64,000 nt of DNA, taken from assembly GCA_016935195.1 (NCBI GenBank), contig JAFGRL010000103.1:3519-67518 (forward strand), read 5' to 3'. Source of the DNA: Sedimentisphaerales bacterium (lineage in GTDB: Bacteria; Planctomycetota; Phycisphaerae; Sedimentisphaerales; Anaerobacaceae). The notes under the pieces are model-generated. The model was given only the letters and a program-made list of their open reading frames with translations, was not told the DNA's origin and ran no database searches. Made by a program: the position numbers and the translations under genes. Below are positions 44,729 through 53,686 of the stretch, in pieces (within the stretch, counting starts at the first letter, position 1; the number at the start of each line of letters is the position of its first letter).

Positions 44729-47700
44729 CTATAAGTTTTTGCCGCAGCATTTTTTGTATTTCTTTCCGCTTCCGCAGGGGCAGGGGTCGTTACGGCCGAC
44801 CTTGGGCTGGTCCAGCCGAATTCGTTTGACCTTTTGCTCACCCTGGGGTGCCTGTGCGGCAGCCCTTTGTTGCTCAGCCATTGCAAATTGCTTAACTTCG
44901 TCGTGGGCAGTCTGGCTAACGTGCCAAACACTCCTTGCTCGTGCTCCGGCTTCCAAACGCACCTTGAATATAACATCGGTTACCCTATCTTCAATGGTCT
45001 CGAGCATTTCGTTGAACATGCGGAAGCCTTCCCGCTTGTACTCAACTTTCGGATCCTTCTCTGCAAAAGACCGTGTCCAGATGCTGTCTCTTAAATGGTC
45101 CATTGCATAAAGGTGATCCTTCCAGGTGCTATCGTATATTTGAATAAGGACATATTTTTCCAAATCACTTAGCTCTTTGCGTAAAAACTCGCTTGCTGCC
45201 TCATTCAATCTTTCTTTCTGCTGCTGTCTTTCACCGAGGTCGTCTTCGTTCAAGGATGCCTCGAATCTCTCGTTCGCCCAGTTCACCAGTTCGCTTACAT
45301 CCAGCTTGGTGACTTTTTCGGCAACTTCCTGCTCAAGCTGGCCATCATTGAAGCTCCTGCTAAGTTCGAGCAACTGCTCACGCAGAACTCTCGGCTTGGT
45401 GTTCTGGATTTTCTGGGCTGAAAGCTCTGCTTTATACTTTTTCCTTGTCCATTCAGCCAGCGTCTCGAATGCGTACACATTTGTACCGGCCGGCCCATAG
45501 ACCATATTCATCGCAAATTCGACAGGATATTCAATTTCTCGCTGTCTGTATTTTTCTGATGTCTGCTCAAGAAATCCTTGGCGGATTTCTGCGGCATTTA
45601 AGTCCTTTACGTCCGCCACATCCAATCTAAGGTCGAACTTCGCCCTGGCCCAGTCAACAAGCGTTCGGATTGCAAAGTCCTTTTTCAAAAATTCCGACAG
45701 TTTAGAGCAATCCTTTTTGTCAACCTGCTCACAAGCAGAAGTGGTTAGCTGTTCAATGATTTGCTCAGGGTCCTGATTTTTGACCTTGCTCGGGCTTAGA
45801 CTGACTTGAAAAGCACTCATTGCCCACTTACACAAGCCTGCCACATCCCAGGTCTTTGGGTCGCTATAATCTTCGAGATACTCACCTATGGACAGTTCTA
45901 TATCATTAGCAGTACTTTCCTTAGCTTGTTCTTTAATTAATTTCTCAATCTCTTCTGCCTTGAGCCTGGTAATTTCAGATTGCCTGATATCGACGCTAAA
46001 ATTGGTCCTGGTCCATTCGACAATACACCTGGGCGGATAGCTTTCATCGAGAATACTCTGGCAATTTTTACTTATTGCCGAATCTATCATATCTTCGATA
46101 ATCTGCTTCAAGCCTTTGCCGGCCAGGATTTCGCGCCGACGTGCATAAAAAATCTTTCTCTGATAGTCCATCACCTCATCGTATTCGAGCAGGCTCTTTC
46201 GTATCTCAAAATTGCGCTCTTCGACTTTTTTTTGTGCTTTGGCAATTCCTTTGCTTATCCTCTTGTGATAAATAGGCTGACCTTCCTCCCAGCCAATCCA
46301 GGACAGCGCCTTTACCGTCCATTCCGGTGCAAATACTCGCATCAAATCATCTTCAAAGCTAAGAAAGAACTGGCTCGAGCCTTTATCACCCTGGCGGCCG
46401 CATCTTCCGCGAAGCTGATTGTCGATTCTTCTCGCCTCGTGGCGCTCAGTGCCAAGAACGTGTAAACCGCCGATTTCAGCCACTCCCTCGCTAAGCTTTA
46501 TGTCGGTGCCTCTGCCGGCCATATTTGTAGCGACTGTTATGTTGCCCCGCATTTTTCCATCCCGGCCTTTGTGCTGCTGGCCTGCCTTGGCAACAATCTG
46601 TGCTTCCCGCTCGTGGTATTTGGCGTTGAGCACTTCGTGCTCTAACCCGAATTTTTTGGTAATGGCATCTGATAGTGCCTCGTTCTTTTCTACGCTGACG
46701 GTACCGACAAGGACAGGACGTCCGGAAGAGCCGATTTCATTTATTTGGCCAACGATGGCATCAAACTTTTCTCGCATTGTCTTGTAGATAACATCTTCCA
46801 CATCATCTCGAATACAGGGTTCGTTTGTGGGCATCACTACGACCTCAAGGTTGTAGATATTCATAAACTCTTCTGCCTCGGTGGCGGCGGTTCCGGTCAT
46901 ACCTGCTATCTGGTCGTAGAGCTTGAAGAAATTCTGCAGCGTAATGGTTGCAAGTGTCTGTGTTTCTTCCTTTATCGAGACATTTTCCTTTGCCTCGACC
47001 GCCTGATGAAGCCCATCGGACCACTGTCTTCCGTGCATCAATCGACCTGTAAATTCATCAACTATGACTACCTTGCCGTCTATTACCACATAGTCTTTTT
47101 CTTTTTCAAAAACTTCATGGGCACGAAGACTCTGCTCCAAAAGGTGAGGCCACTCCATATTTGAGCCGGTGAAAAAGGAGCCTATACCAGCTATTTCCTG
47201 TGCCGCTCCAATGCCCTCGTGGGTCAAATGAGCCGACTTTTTATCATATTCAACCTCGTAATATTGGACAGCTTCAGCCAATCTTACCCCGCCGCGCTCC
47301 AGCTCATCCTGGCTCTTTTCAATTACTTCCCGGGCTTTTGCAATCCGTTTGGCGTCCTTGTTTTTCTTAGCTTCTGTTAATTCCCCTTCGGCACTTGCTA
47401 TCCGCCGCTCAGCAGCATCTATCCGGCGTTTGATGCCGTCATAGCTGGCCTGCATGCCCATTAGTTTCCGCGCTACCTGGTCTGCTTTTTTATATCTGCT
47501 CACTTCATCGAAGGCCGGGCCTGATATAATCAGCGGCGTCCTGGCCTCATCAATCAGAATGGAATCAACCTCATCGATTATTGCATACGGGAGCGCCCCC
47601 TGAACCATTTGCTCAAGAGATGTCTTCATATTATCGCGAAGGTAATCGAAGCCAAACTCATTGTTAGTGCCGTAGGTGATGTCACGGGCATACTGACTTT

Positions 47701-48217
47701 TCCTTTCGTCTCCGGCCGTGTCCATATCGGCCTGAATTGCACCTACAGTCAGACCCAGTGCCTGGTACACCGGCCCCATCCATTCGGCATCGCGATTGGC
47801 AAGATAGTCATTAACTGTAATGATATGTACTTTTCTGCCTGTCAGGTGAACAAGATATGCAGCAAGCGTTGCTACAAGTGTTTTTCCTTCGCCGGTTGCC
47901 ATCTCGGCTATTTTGCCCTCATAGAGAACATTGCCCCCAACTAATTGAACATCGAAATGGCGCATATCGACGTTTCGCCTTGCAGTCTCACGTACAACCG
48001 CAAAAGCTTCGGGTAAAATCTCCTCCGGCTTGGCCCCCCCTGCTATAGCTTCCTTAAACTCCGATGTCTTTGCTTTTAACTGGTCATCGTTTAAGTTCTG
48101 AACCTGCTCTTCAAATTCACCGGCTTGCTGAGCGATTATGGAATACGCCTTTATTAAACGCTCATTGCGTGAGCCGAAAACCTTCAAAAGAATTTTTCCA
48201 AAACCACCAAACGGCAT
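44729..48217 (-). CDS. secA: Preprotein translocase ATPase SecA (expanded, 1162 aa)
   Basis: Walker A MATGEGKTL, the DEVDSILIDEARTPLIISG box, TNMAGRGTDI, and a C-terminal zinc finger RNDPCPCGSGKKYKKCCG. Confidence 0.95.
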   Translation of the reverse strand: MPFGGFGKILLKVFGSRNERLIKAYSIIAQQAGEFEEQVQNLNDDQLKAKTSEFKEAIAGGAKPEEILPEAFAVVRETARRNVDMRHFDVQLVGGNVLYEGKIAEMATGEGKTLVATLAAYLVHLTGRKVHIITVNDYLANRDAEWMGPVYQALGLTVGAIQADMDTAGDERKSQYARDITYGTNNEFGFDYLRDNMKTSLEQMVQGALPYAIIDEVDSILIDEARTPLIISGPAFDEVSRYKKADQVARKLMGMQASYDGIKRRIDAAERRIASAEGELTEAKKNKDAKRIAKAREVIEKSQDELERGGVRLAEAVQYYEVEYDKKSAHLTHEGIGAAQEIAGIGSFFTGSNMEWPHLLEQSLRAHEVFEKEKDYVVIDGKVVIVDEFTGRLMHGRQWSDGLHQAVEAKENVSIKEETQTLATITLQNFFKLYDQIAGMTGTAATEAEEFMNIYNLEVVVMPTNEPCIRDDVEDVIYKTMREKFDAIVGQINEIGSSGRPVLVGTVSVEKNEALSDAITKKFGLEHEVLNAKYHEREAQIVAKAGQQHKGRDGKMRGNITVATNMAGRGTDIKLSEGVAEIGGLHVLGTERHEARRIDNQLRGRCGRQGDKGSSQFFLSFEDDLMRVFAPEWTVKALSWIGWEEGQPIYHKRISKGIAKAQKKVEERNFEIRKSLLEYDEVMDYQRKIFYARRREILAGKGLKQIIEDMIDSAISKNCQSILDESYPPRCIVEWTRTNFSVDIRQSEITRLKAEEIEKLIKEQAKESTANDIELSIGEYLEDYSDPKTWDVAGLCKWAMSAFQVSLSPSKVKNQDPEQIIEQLTTSACEQVDKKDCSKLSEFLKKDFAIRTLVDWARAKFDLRLDVADVKDLNAAEIRQGFLEQTSEKYRQREIEYPVEFAMNMVYGPAGTNVYAFETLAEWTRKKYKAELSAQKIQNTKPRVLREQLLELSRSFNDGQLEQEVAEKVTKLDVSELVNWANERFEASLNEDDLGERQQQKERLNEAASEFLRKELSDLEKYVLIQIYDSTWKDHLYAMDHLRDSIWTRSFAEKDPKVEYKREGFRMFNEMLETIEDRVTDVIFKVRLEAGARARSVWHVSQTAHDEVKQFAMAEQQRAAAQAPQGEQKVKRIRLDQPKVGRNDPCPCGSGKKYKKCCGKNL

Positions 48218-48240
48218 ATTTTGATTTTCCTGTGATATTA

Positions 48241-48798
48241 TTATTTAACCCGTGTTACATACTCACCGCTGCGCGTATCTACACGAATGGCATCGCCGAT
48301 TTTGACAAAAGGTGGCACCTGCACCACGAGTCCTGTCTCCAGGGTAGCCGGCTTGTTCTGGTTTGTCGCGGTAGCGCCCTTGATTTCAGGCGGTGTATCA
48401 GTTACTTCAAGGTCAACCGTATTAGGCAGCTCAACAACGACCGGCCTGCCGTTGTACATACTGACCTGTAGTTGGGCGTTGGTCTTTAGATACTTAGACC
48501 CGTCGCTGAAAGCCTCATCATCCAGGCTAATTTGCTCATATGTAGATGTATCCATAAGCACATGTTCGCTGGCCGAAGAGTAAAGATACTCATAAGTGCC
48601 TTTATCCAGATAGGCCTCTTCAATGATTTGCTCGGAACGAATTCGGGCATTTTGAATCGAACCATCGGTAAGGCACTTTAATTTGGTTTGGTAAACCGCA
48701 CCTCCCTTACCAAGTTTGACGTGCTCAAAATCAACAATTGCGCACAATCTTCCGTCGATTTTCACCGTCTGGCCTTTTCTCATCTCAGATGCTTTCAT
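48241..48798 (-). CDS. efp: Translation elongation factor P
   Basis: A 185-aa protein with the loop VKLGKGGA and C-terminal LETG..V.VP.F motifs. It ends 23 nt upstream of secA. Confidence 0.95.
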   Translation of the reverse strand: MKASEMRKGQTVKIDGRLCAIVDFEHVKLGKGGAVYQTKLKCLTDGSIQNARIRSEQIIEEAYLDKGTYEYLYSSASEHVLMDTSTYEQISLDDEAFSDGSKYLKTNAQLQVSMYNGRPVVVELPNTVDLEVTDTPPEIKGATATNQNKPATLETGLVVQVPPFVKIGDAIRVDTRSGEYVTRVK

Positions 48799-48984
48799 CC
48801 CATACTCCCAAAAAACTGCAATTTACATATTGCCCTTAACTTACAGACAGAAATTTATCGCAAAGTCGTCAAAAAGTCAAGTTCGCTGCAACTATCGGCC
48901 TACTAAAACCCAGTGATATTGTTTCAAGTGCAAATCTTTTTGTTGCCGCTGAATGAAATTCAAGCTGTGGTTATGTCCCCGTAT

Positions 48985-49554
48985 TTATTTTACATCTTCC
49001 CAGCTCACCGGATGTCTGTCTATCTCGAGCACTTCAGCGCGTCTGATAAGCCAATTATCGCCGTACTTATAAAAGTTGAACTTTGTCTTCGTAAGCATAA
49101 ATTGCTTGTATGCGAATATGTCGCTTTTCTCGTCGAATCTGGTAAGTGCTGCTAAGGTGGCAGTAGCCTGTGGCGGTGAAATCTCGACAGATAAATTAAG
49201 CTTTCTGTTTTTCTCAACCAATGGCTTTGAAAGCAATGCCCTGCAATACAGCATCAGGTAATCTTTTGAATTGTGGTACGAATCTTCATACTCATCTGAA
49301 ATGATTGTCTCAATAAAATCAGAGTCCTGGCGCTCAACTGCCTCCATTCCTGCTTTGATAATTCCGACAATTTGCTCATTATCTGTTTTAACGAAAATAT
49401 CAAGCCCAAAAGCCGCTATCGCAAGACAGGCCGATATCAGCCAGAACCAGCCTCGAAAGACCTCAGGCCACATACTTTGCAAAATAAGCACCACCAAAAA
49501 GCTGATGAAAGATAAAAGCAAAAGCCCCCAGGGCTGTTCAAAAATATTCCACAT
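48985..49554 (-). CDS. Hypothetical membrane protein (2 TM plus NTF2-like soluble domain)
   Basis: A 189-aa ORF with two N-terminal hydrophobic helices. It is syntenic between surE and efp on the same strand. Confidence 0.5.
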   Translation of the reverse strand: MWNIFEQPWGLLLLSFISFLVVLILQSMWPEVFRGWFWLISACLAIAAFGLDIFVKTDNEQIVGIIKAGMEAVERQDSDFIETIISDEYEDSYHNSKDYLMLYCRALLSKPLVEKNRKLNLSVEISPPQATATLAALTRFDEKSDIFAYKQFMLTKTKFNFYKYGDNWLIRRAEVLEIDRHPVSWEDVK

Positions 49555-49589
49555 CTGTCTGCCTTTAATTTCTTAAGATTATTGCTCTA

Positions 49590-50351
49590 TTACTGAGCAA
49601 AAACGGACTGCCACTGGATTTGTGCCAGTTCGCGGGTCTTTTCGTAATTAGTCATACCCGGTGCCAAAGCTGTTATGGTTATAAATCCTTCTGCCAGCGA
49701 AGTTGTATCGGTAGGTTTCTGCTCAGAGCGATGTGGGCCTCCGGCTAATTGAAATACCGTTCGGCCCTGCTCGTTTTTCTGGGGGATATAATACTCGTCG
49801 AAGCCTTTACTTGATTGAGGTACAATTCTTATACCTTTGGGCTCGCCTTTTGATAGTCGTGGTATGTTGATGTTTATAACCCCGTCACTTTTGGCCGGCA
49901 TAAGTTTTTTAAGGATCTTCACACAGTATTTAGCTGCCCTTTCAAAATCCATATTATCTTCAGCAGCTAAACTCATCGCAACGGAAGGAACTTTTAGAAA
50001 CGCCGCCTCCATCGCAGCGGCAACGGTGCCGGAGTAGTAAACGTTTATCCCTGCGTTTGCTCCGTTGTTTATGCCGGCAACAAGCAAATCTATCGGCTCA
50101 GGATGTAGCTTCATCACAGCTAACTTAACACAGTCGGCAGGTGAGCCTTGTACGCTAAAACCGGCAAACTGGCCGTTAATGTTCACTTTGTTACATACCA
50201 GGGGCTGAGCAAACGTAACACTATGACTGGCACCCGAACGGCTATCGGCCGGGGCAACAACTGTTACCTCACCGAACTTCACAAGCTCCGGGTAAATCGC
50301 CGCCAATCCTGGCGCAAATATCCCGTCATCATTTGTCAAAAGTATCCGCAC
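49590..50351 (-). CDS. surE: 5'/3'-nucleotidase SurE
   Basis: RILLTNDDGI..PG and GINNGAN motifs are present. The likely start is the GTG at 50351, while the ORF extends to 50378. Confidence 0.9.
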   Translation of the reverse strand: MRILLTNDDGIFAPGLAAIYPELVKFGEVTVVAPADSRSGASHSVTFAQPLVCNKVNINGQFAGFSVQGSPADCVKLAVMKLHPEPIDLLVAGINNGANAGINVYYSGTVAAAMEAAFLKVPSVAMSLAAEDNMDFERAAKYCVKILKKLMPAKSDGVININIPRLSKGEPKGIRIVPQSSKGFDEYYIPQKNEQGRTVFQLAGGPHRSEQKPTDTTSLAEGFITITALAPGMTNYEKTRELAQIQWQSVFAQ

Positions 50352-50757
50352 AGCTCTGTAGAATACGATAAAAATCAAAAAGTAAAAGGAAAAAGTCTCA
50401 GGATTCGTTTACCCCTGGCCGCTGACCAGGATTTTCCACACTCTGTGCCAACCTCACCTACCCCAATTCGTGCTTGCCCCGGCTCAGCCCAGGCCCAGCA
50501 GCGAATCTTTCAAATTTCCGTTGCTCTTAGCGCTTCCAGGGCGTCTCTGAGAGCATTGAGTCGTTTGCTGCTCAGCCGAGCGTAATACCGGTTTATCTTT
50601 TGTGCTCCCTTAACTGCCATCTCGGCAGTTATAACAACAGCAAATAATTTGCTGATGTCTAACCCGATTCGCTCGGCTGGGCAATCGACAGTCTGCTGTT
50701 TTTTTGGGGATGTTATCTTTTTGCCATAATCGGCCTGCAACTGTAAAATCTTCGCCG

Positions 50758-50991
50758 TTGTCTTAGCCCCGCAATTTTAACAGTCTTCCCGCAGGCAACC
50801 AAGGACCAGGAAAGAATGTTCAAATTATTACAGAAGGCCTATATTGACGCGTGTTACAAACCTTCATACCGAATCATCAGAAAGGAGCTCGAATACCTCG
50901 CCAAACGAGTAAAACTTCTCCAAAGATTAACCAGAAAGATTTGCAAAGAAAAGATAGAGTCGAAGCAAAAGGGTCGTTTGCGCTGCTGTTA
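50758..50991 (+). pseudogene. C-terminal fragment of a HEPN-domain gene (NT-HEPN pair type)
   Basis: The translation ...FPQATKDQERMFKLLQKAYIDACYKPSYRIIRKELEYLAKRVKLLQRLTRKICKEKIES matches only the C-terminal helices of HEPN proteins (consensus AYIDARY..Y.IT.EEL.YL). No N-terminal half is present. Confidence 0.55.
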
Positions 50992-51120
50992 GTATATTTG
51001 TAAAACACCGCTATACCATCGCTTCCATTGAATCTGGTTAGGCTCATTGCCATCGACACTGTTGACTATCGTTGCATGCCGATATATATATCACGCAAGC
51101 CTTCGTAAGCAAGCCTGTCA

Positions 51121-51396
51121 TTAGTCTATGCCAATGTAGGATTTTCGGGCAGTGCGGGCATTATTGTCCTTTGTCCCCATATCCGCAATTGCATTAGTTA
51201 GCGATTCGGCCAAAAGTTCTTTACCTAATCGCTCAGCAAATTTGCCAGGGAAGTTCGCCTCTATCAGAAATACTTTAGCCGACTGAACTGCCTCGATAGA
51301 AGAAATGACAAGCTCCCTAATTTCTTCCAGGAGACCCTCGCCGTGTATGCCTGTAAAACCTGTACGATTGAAAATCTCAAAGCGCCACTGCCTCAT
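51121..51396 (-). CDS. Small PurS-like protein (tentative)
   Basis: A 91-aa ORF whose ATG overlaps the tyrA stop (ATGA). The pattern GIHGEGLLEEIRELVISSIEAVQSAKVFLIE....AERLGKELLAESLTN resembles PurS/FGAM-synthase N-terminal modules. Confidence 0.35.
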   Translation of the reverse strand: MRQWRFEIFNRTGFTGIHGEGLLEEIRELVISSIEAVQSAKVFLIEANFPGKFAERLGKELLAESLTNAIADMGTKDNNARTARKSYIGID

Positions 51397-52289
51397 AACA
51401 TTAATTCTTTTCTTTTCATCTTATTTCTTATAAGTGAACTGCGTTTACTTGATGCCTTTTTCAGGAAAGCCTCAATTTGCCTTCGGTTATTGTTTTTGAT
51501 TGCTTTTTCGAGTTTTGCCAATTCGCCGGTCATTCTGTCAATGGCCTTTGTTATATTGTCAGCATTTGCCAGCATAACATCAGCCCAAATATTAGCAGGG
51601 CCGGAGGCTATTCTTGAGGTGTCGATGAAACCTCTGCCGGCAAACTTCAATGCCGAGTCAGTGTTTGAGTTTATTAACGCAGCCGCTGCTGCATGTGGCA
51701 AATGACTGACATTTGCGAAAATAATGTCGTGCTTAGCCGGGGTCATTACCTTTACGGAGCAGCCGATTGTTGACCAGAATTTTTTGAGGGTACGTAATGC
51801 CTGCTGGTTCGTTGTTTTGGTTGCGGTCAATATACAAGGTGCCTTTTCGAAAAGATCATCACGGGCAAATTCAACGCCTCTGTGTTCGGAACCGGCAATC
51901 GGATGCGAGCCTACGTAGCGAACGGTTTTCGGTAAAATTCTGCCGGCCCAGCGGTGCGGCAGGGCCTTGACTGAGCCTACATCGGAAACAATACAACCTT
52001 TTGGCAAAGCTTCGGCAATGTCAGAAAAGATTTCTTCGAAGGTATAGATAGGCGATGCAAGAATAACTAAATCCGCACCGGAAACACTTGGCTTAATCTC
52101 ATCTGCTATTTCTGCAGCTACAGCTAACTTTCTCGCCTTTCTGCGAGTAACAGGCCGATGAGTGTATCCAACAACCTTTATAGTTGGAAATCTCCGCTGA
52201 ATAGATAAACAAACAGAGCCCCCAAGCAGACCAAGCCCCACAACGCTAATTTGCCTTAACTCTTTCAATGTCAACCTCTTACAACACAA
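51393..52289 (-). CDS. tyrA: Prephenate/arogenate dehydrogenase
   Basis: Rossmann motif ISVVGLGLLGGS, then GSHPIAGSE and a TyrA-type C-terminal domain. Confidence 0.8.
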   Translation of the reverse strand: MCCKRLTLKELRQISVVGLGLLGGSVCLSIQRRFPTIKVVGYTHRPVTRRKARKLAVAAEIADEIKPSVSGADLVILASPIYTFEEIFSDIAEALPKGCIVSDVGSVKALPHRWAGRILPKTVRYVGSHPIAGSEHRGVEFARDDLFEKAPCILTATKTTNQQALRTLKKFWSTIGCSVKVMTPAKHDIIFANVSHLPHAAAAALINSNTDSALKFAGRGFIDTSRIASGPANIWADVMLANADNITKAIDRMTGELAKLEKAIKNNNRRQIEAFLKKASSKRSSLIRNKMKRKELML

Positions 52290-52525
52290 AACGTCAAATG
52301 TCAGTACGGTAAAATTATAGCAGGTTAATCGTTATGTCAATTTTTTTCTTTGATTTGGTCTGCCAAAAATGCTAACATTCTGAATAAAGTATAGTCAGGG
52401 ATACTGGCACAATCAGATAATATCCAGCCTGATTTTAGCAGGCAGGATTTTTTTGTGCAGCCTTCGGCCCACAACCAAGTTGGGTTTTGCCCGGCAGGGC
52501 TGATTTTTAAACTGAGAATAATAAG

Positions 52526-53599
52526 ATGCTTAAAAGTAAAAATTCACTTACCAAGGGCGATTATCTCGATTTTGAACAAAATGTCGCCGAACTCGACAGC
52601 CAAATAGCGGAGCTTCGCAGACTAAGTTCTGCTAAAGGCATTGATTACTCAGCAGAGATTCGCAGGCTTCAGCGACAGCAGGTGGCAGAACTAAAACGCG
52701 TTTATTCAAACCTGACTGCGTGGCAGACGGTCCAGGTAGCCCGTCACCCCAAAAGGCCGCTGCTTACGGATTACCTAAATTTTATGGTCAAAGATTTCCG
52801 CCAGTTACACGGTGACAGATGTTTTGGTGATGACAGAGCCATCGTTACAGGGCTGGGCCAGATTGGCCGGGAAAAGGTTTTGGTTGTAGGCCAGCACAAG
52901 GGCAAGACCACCAACGAAAAGATTGCTTGTAACTTTGGATGTCCTCACCCGGAAGGCTACCGCAAGGCCATAGCCAAAATGAAGTTTGCCCAGAAGTACA
53001 ACATTCCGGTTGTTACGCTTATAGACACGCCGGGTGCTTACCCGGGTATCGGTGCTGAAGAGCGCGGCCAGGCTCAGGCGATATCTGTCAACCTTATGGA
53101 GATGTCGCGATTAAAAGTACCTGTCATTTGTATTGTTATCGGTGAAGGCGGCTCGGGAGGTGCCCTCGGAATCGGCGTGGGTGACAGATTTGCGATGCTC
53201 GAGTACGCGTATTACTCGGTAATATCACCGGAAGGCTGTGCAGCTATCTTATGGCGGGACGGCTCTCAGGCACCGGATGCCTCCGAAGCCCTCAAGCTGA
53301 CAAGTAAAGACCTGTATAGGCTCAAGCTCATCGACTCGGTCATTCCTGAGCCTCTCGGAGGAGCTCACAGAAATATCCACGACGCTGTTTACAATGTTGA
53401 AAAATATATTGTAAAAACTCTGCGTCAGCTCAAACAGGTTGGAGTTGATGAGTTGCTCGCTGCCCGATACAAAAAGCTGCGTTTAACCGGCACCAGGGGT
53501 ATTAACAATAACAACAGCAAAGGGCGAAAAAAGACTGTTGTAAAATCAATCTCGAAGGGCCCATCCGCCAGAGCAAAGCCAATCGCTGCCAAAGTGTGA
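52526..53599 (+). CDS. accA: Acetyl-CoA carboxylase carboxyltransferase alpha subunit
   Basis: ARHPKRP, IDTPGAYPGIGAEERGQ and GEGGSGGALG motifs are present. There is a basic ~40-aa C-terminal extension. Confidence 0.9.
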   Translation: MLKSKNSLTKGDYLDFEQNVAELDSQIAELRRLSSAKGIDYSAEIRRLQRQQVAELKRVYSNLTAWQTVQVARHPKRPLLTDYLNFMVKDFRQLHGDRCFGDDRAIVTGLGQIGREKVLVVGQHKGKTTNEKIACNFGCPHPEGYRKAIAKMKFAQKYNIPVVTLIDTPGAYPGIGAEERGQAQAISVNLMEMSRLKVPVICIVIGEGGSGGALGIGVGDRFAMLEYAYYSVISPEGCAAILWRDGSQAPDASEALKLTSKDLYRLKLIDSVIPEPLGGAHRNIHDAVYNVEKYIVKTLRQLKQVGVDELLAARYKKLRLTGTRGINNNNSKGRKKTVVKSISKGPSARAKPIAAKV

Positions 53600-53686
53600 T
53601 ATTTTTGCTTTATTTGTCCACAAAAAGATATAAAAGGACAAATTATCGAAAAGAATAAACTGCCTGGCAAGACCAAAAATAGGGGA

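Noticed and set aside
44626-48471. ORFs overlapping secA on either strand (for example 44626-44976, 45980-46465, 46745-47164, 48064-48471)
   Set aside because: They are embedded in the confidently identified secA and efp reading frames. Their translations are compositionally odd and carry no motifs.
50148-50585. 145-aa plus-strand ORF
   Set aside because: It is mostly antisense to surE and continues into the eroded spacer. It resembles no family I recognise.
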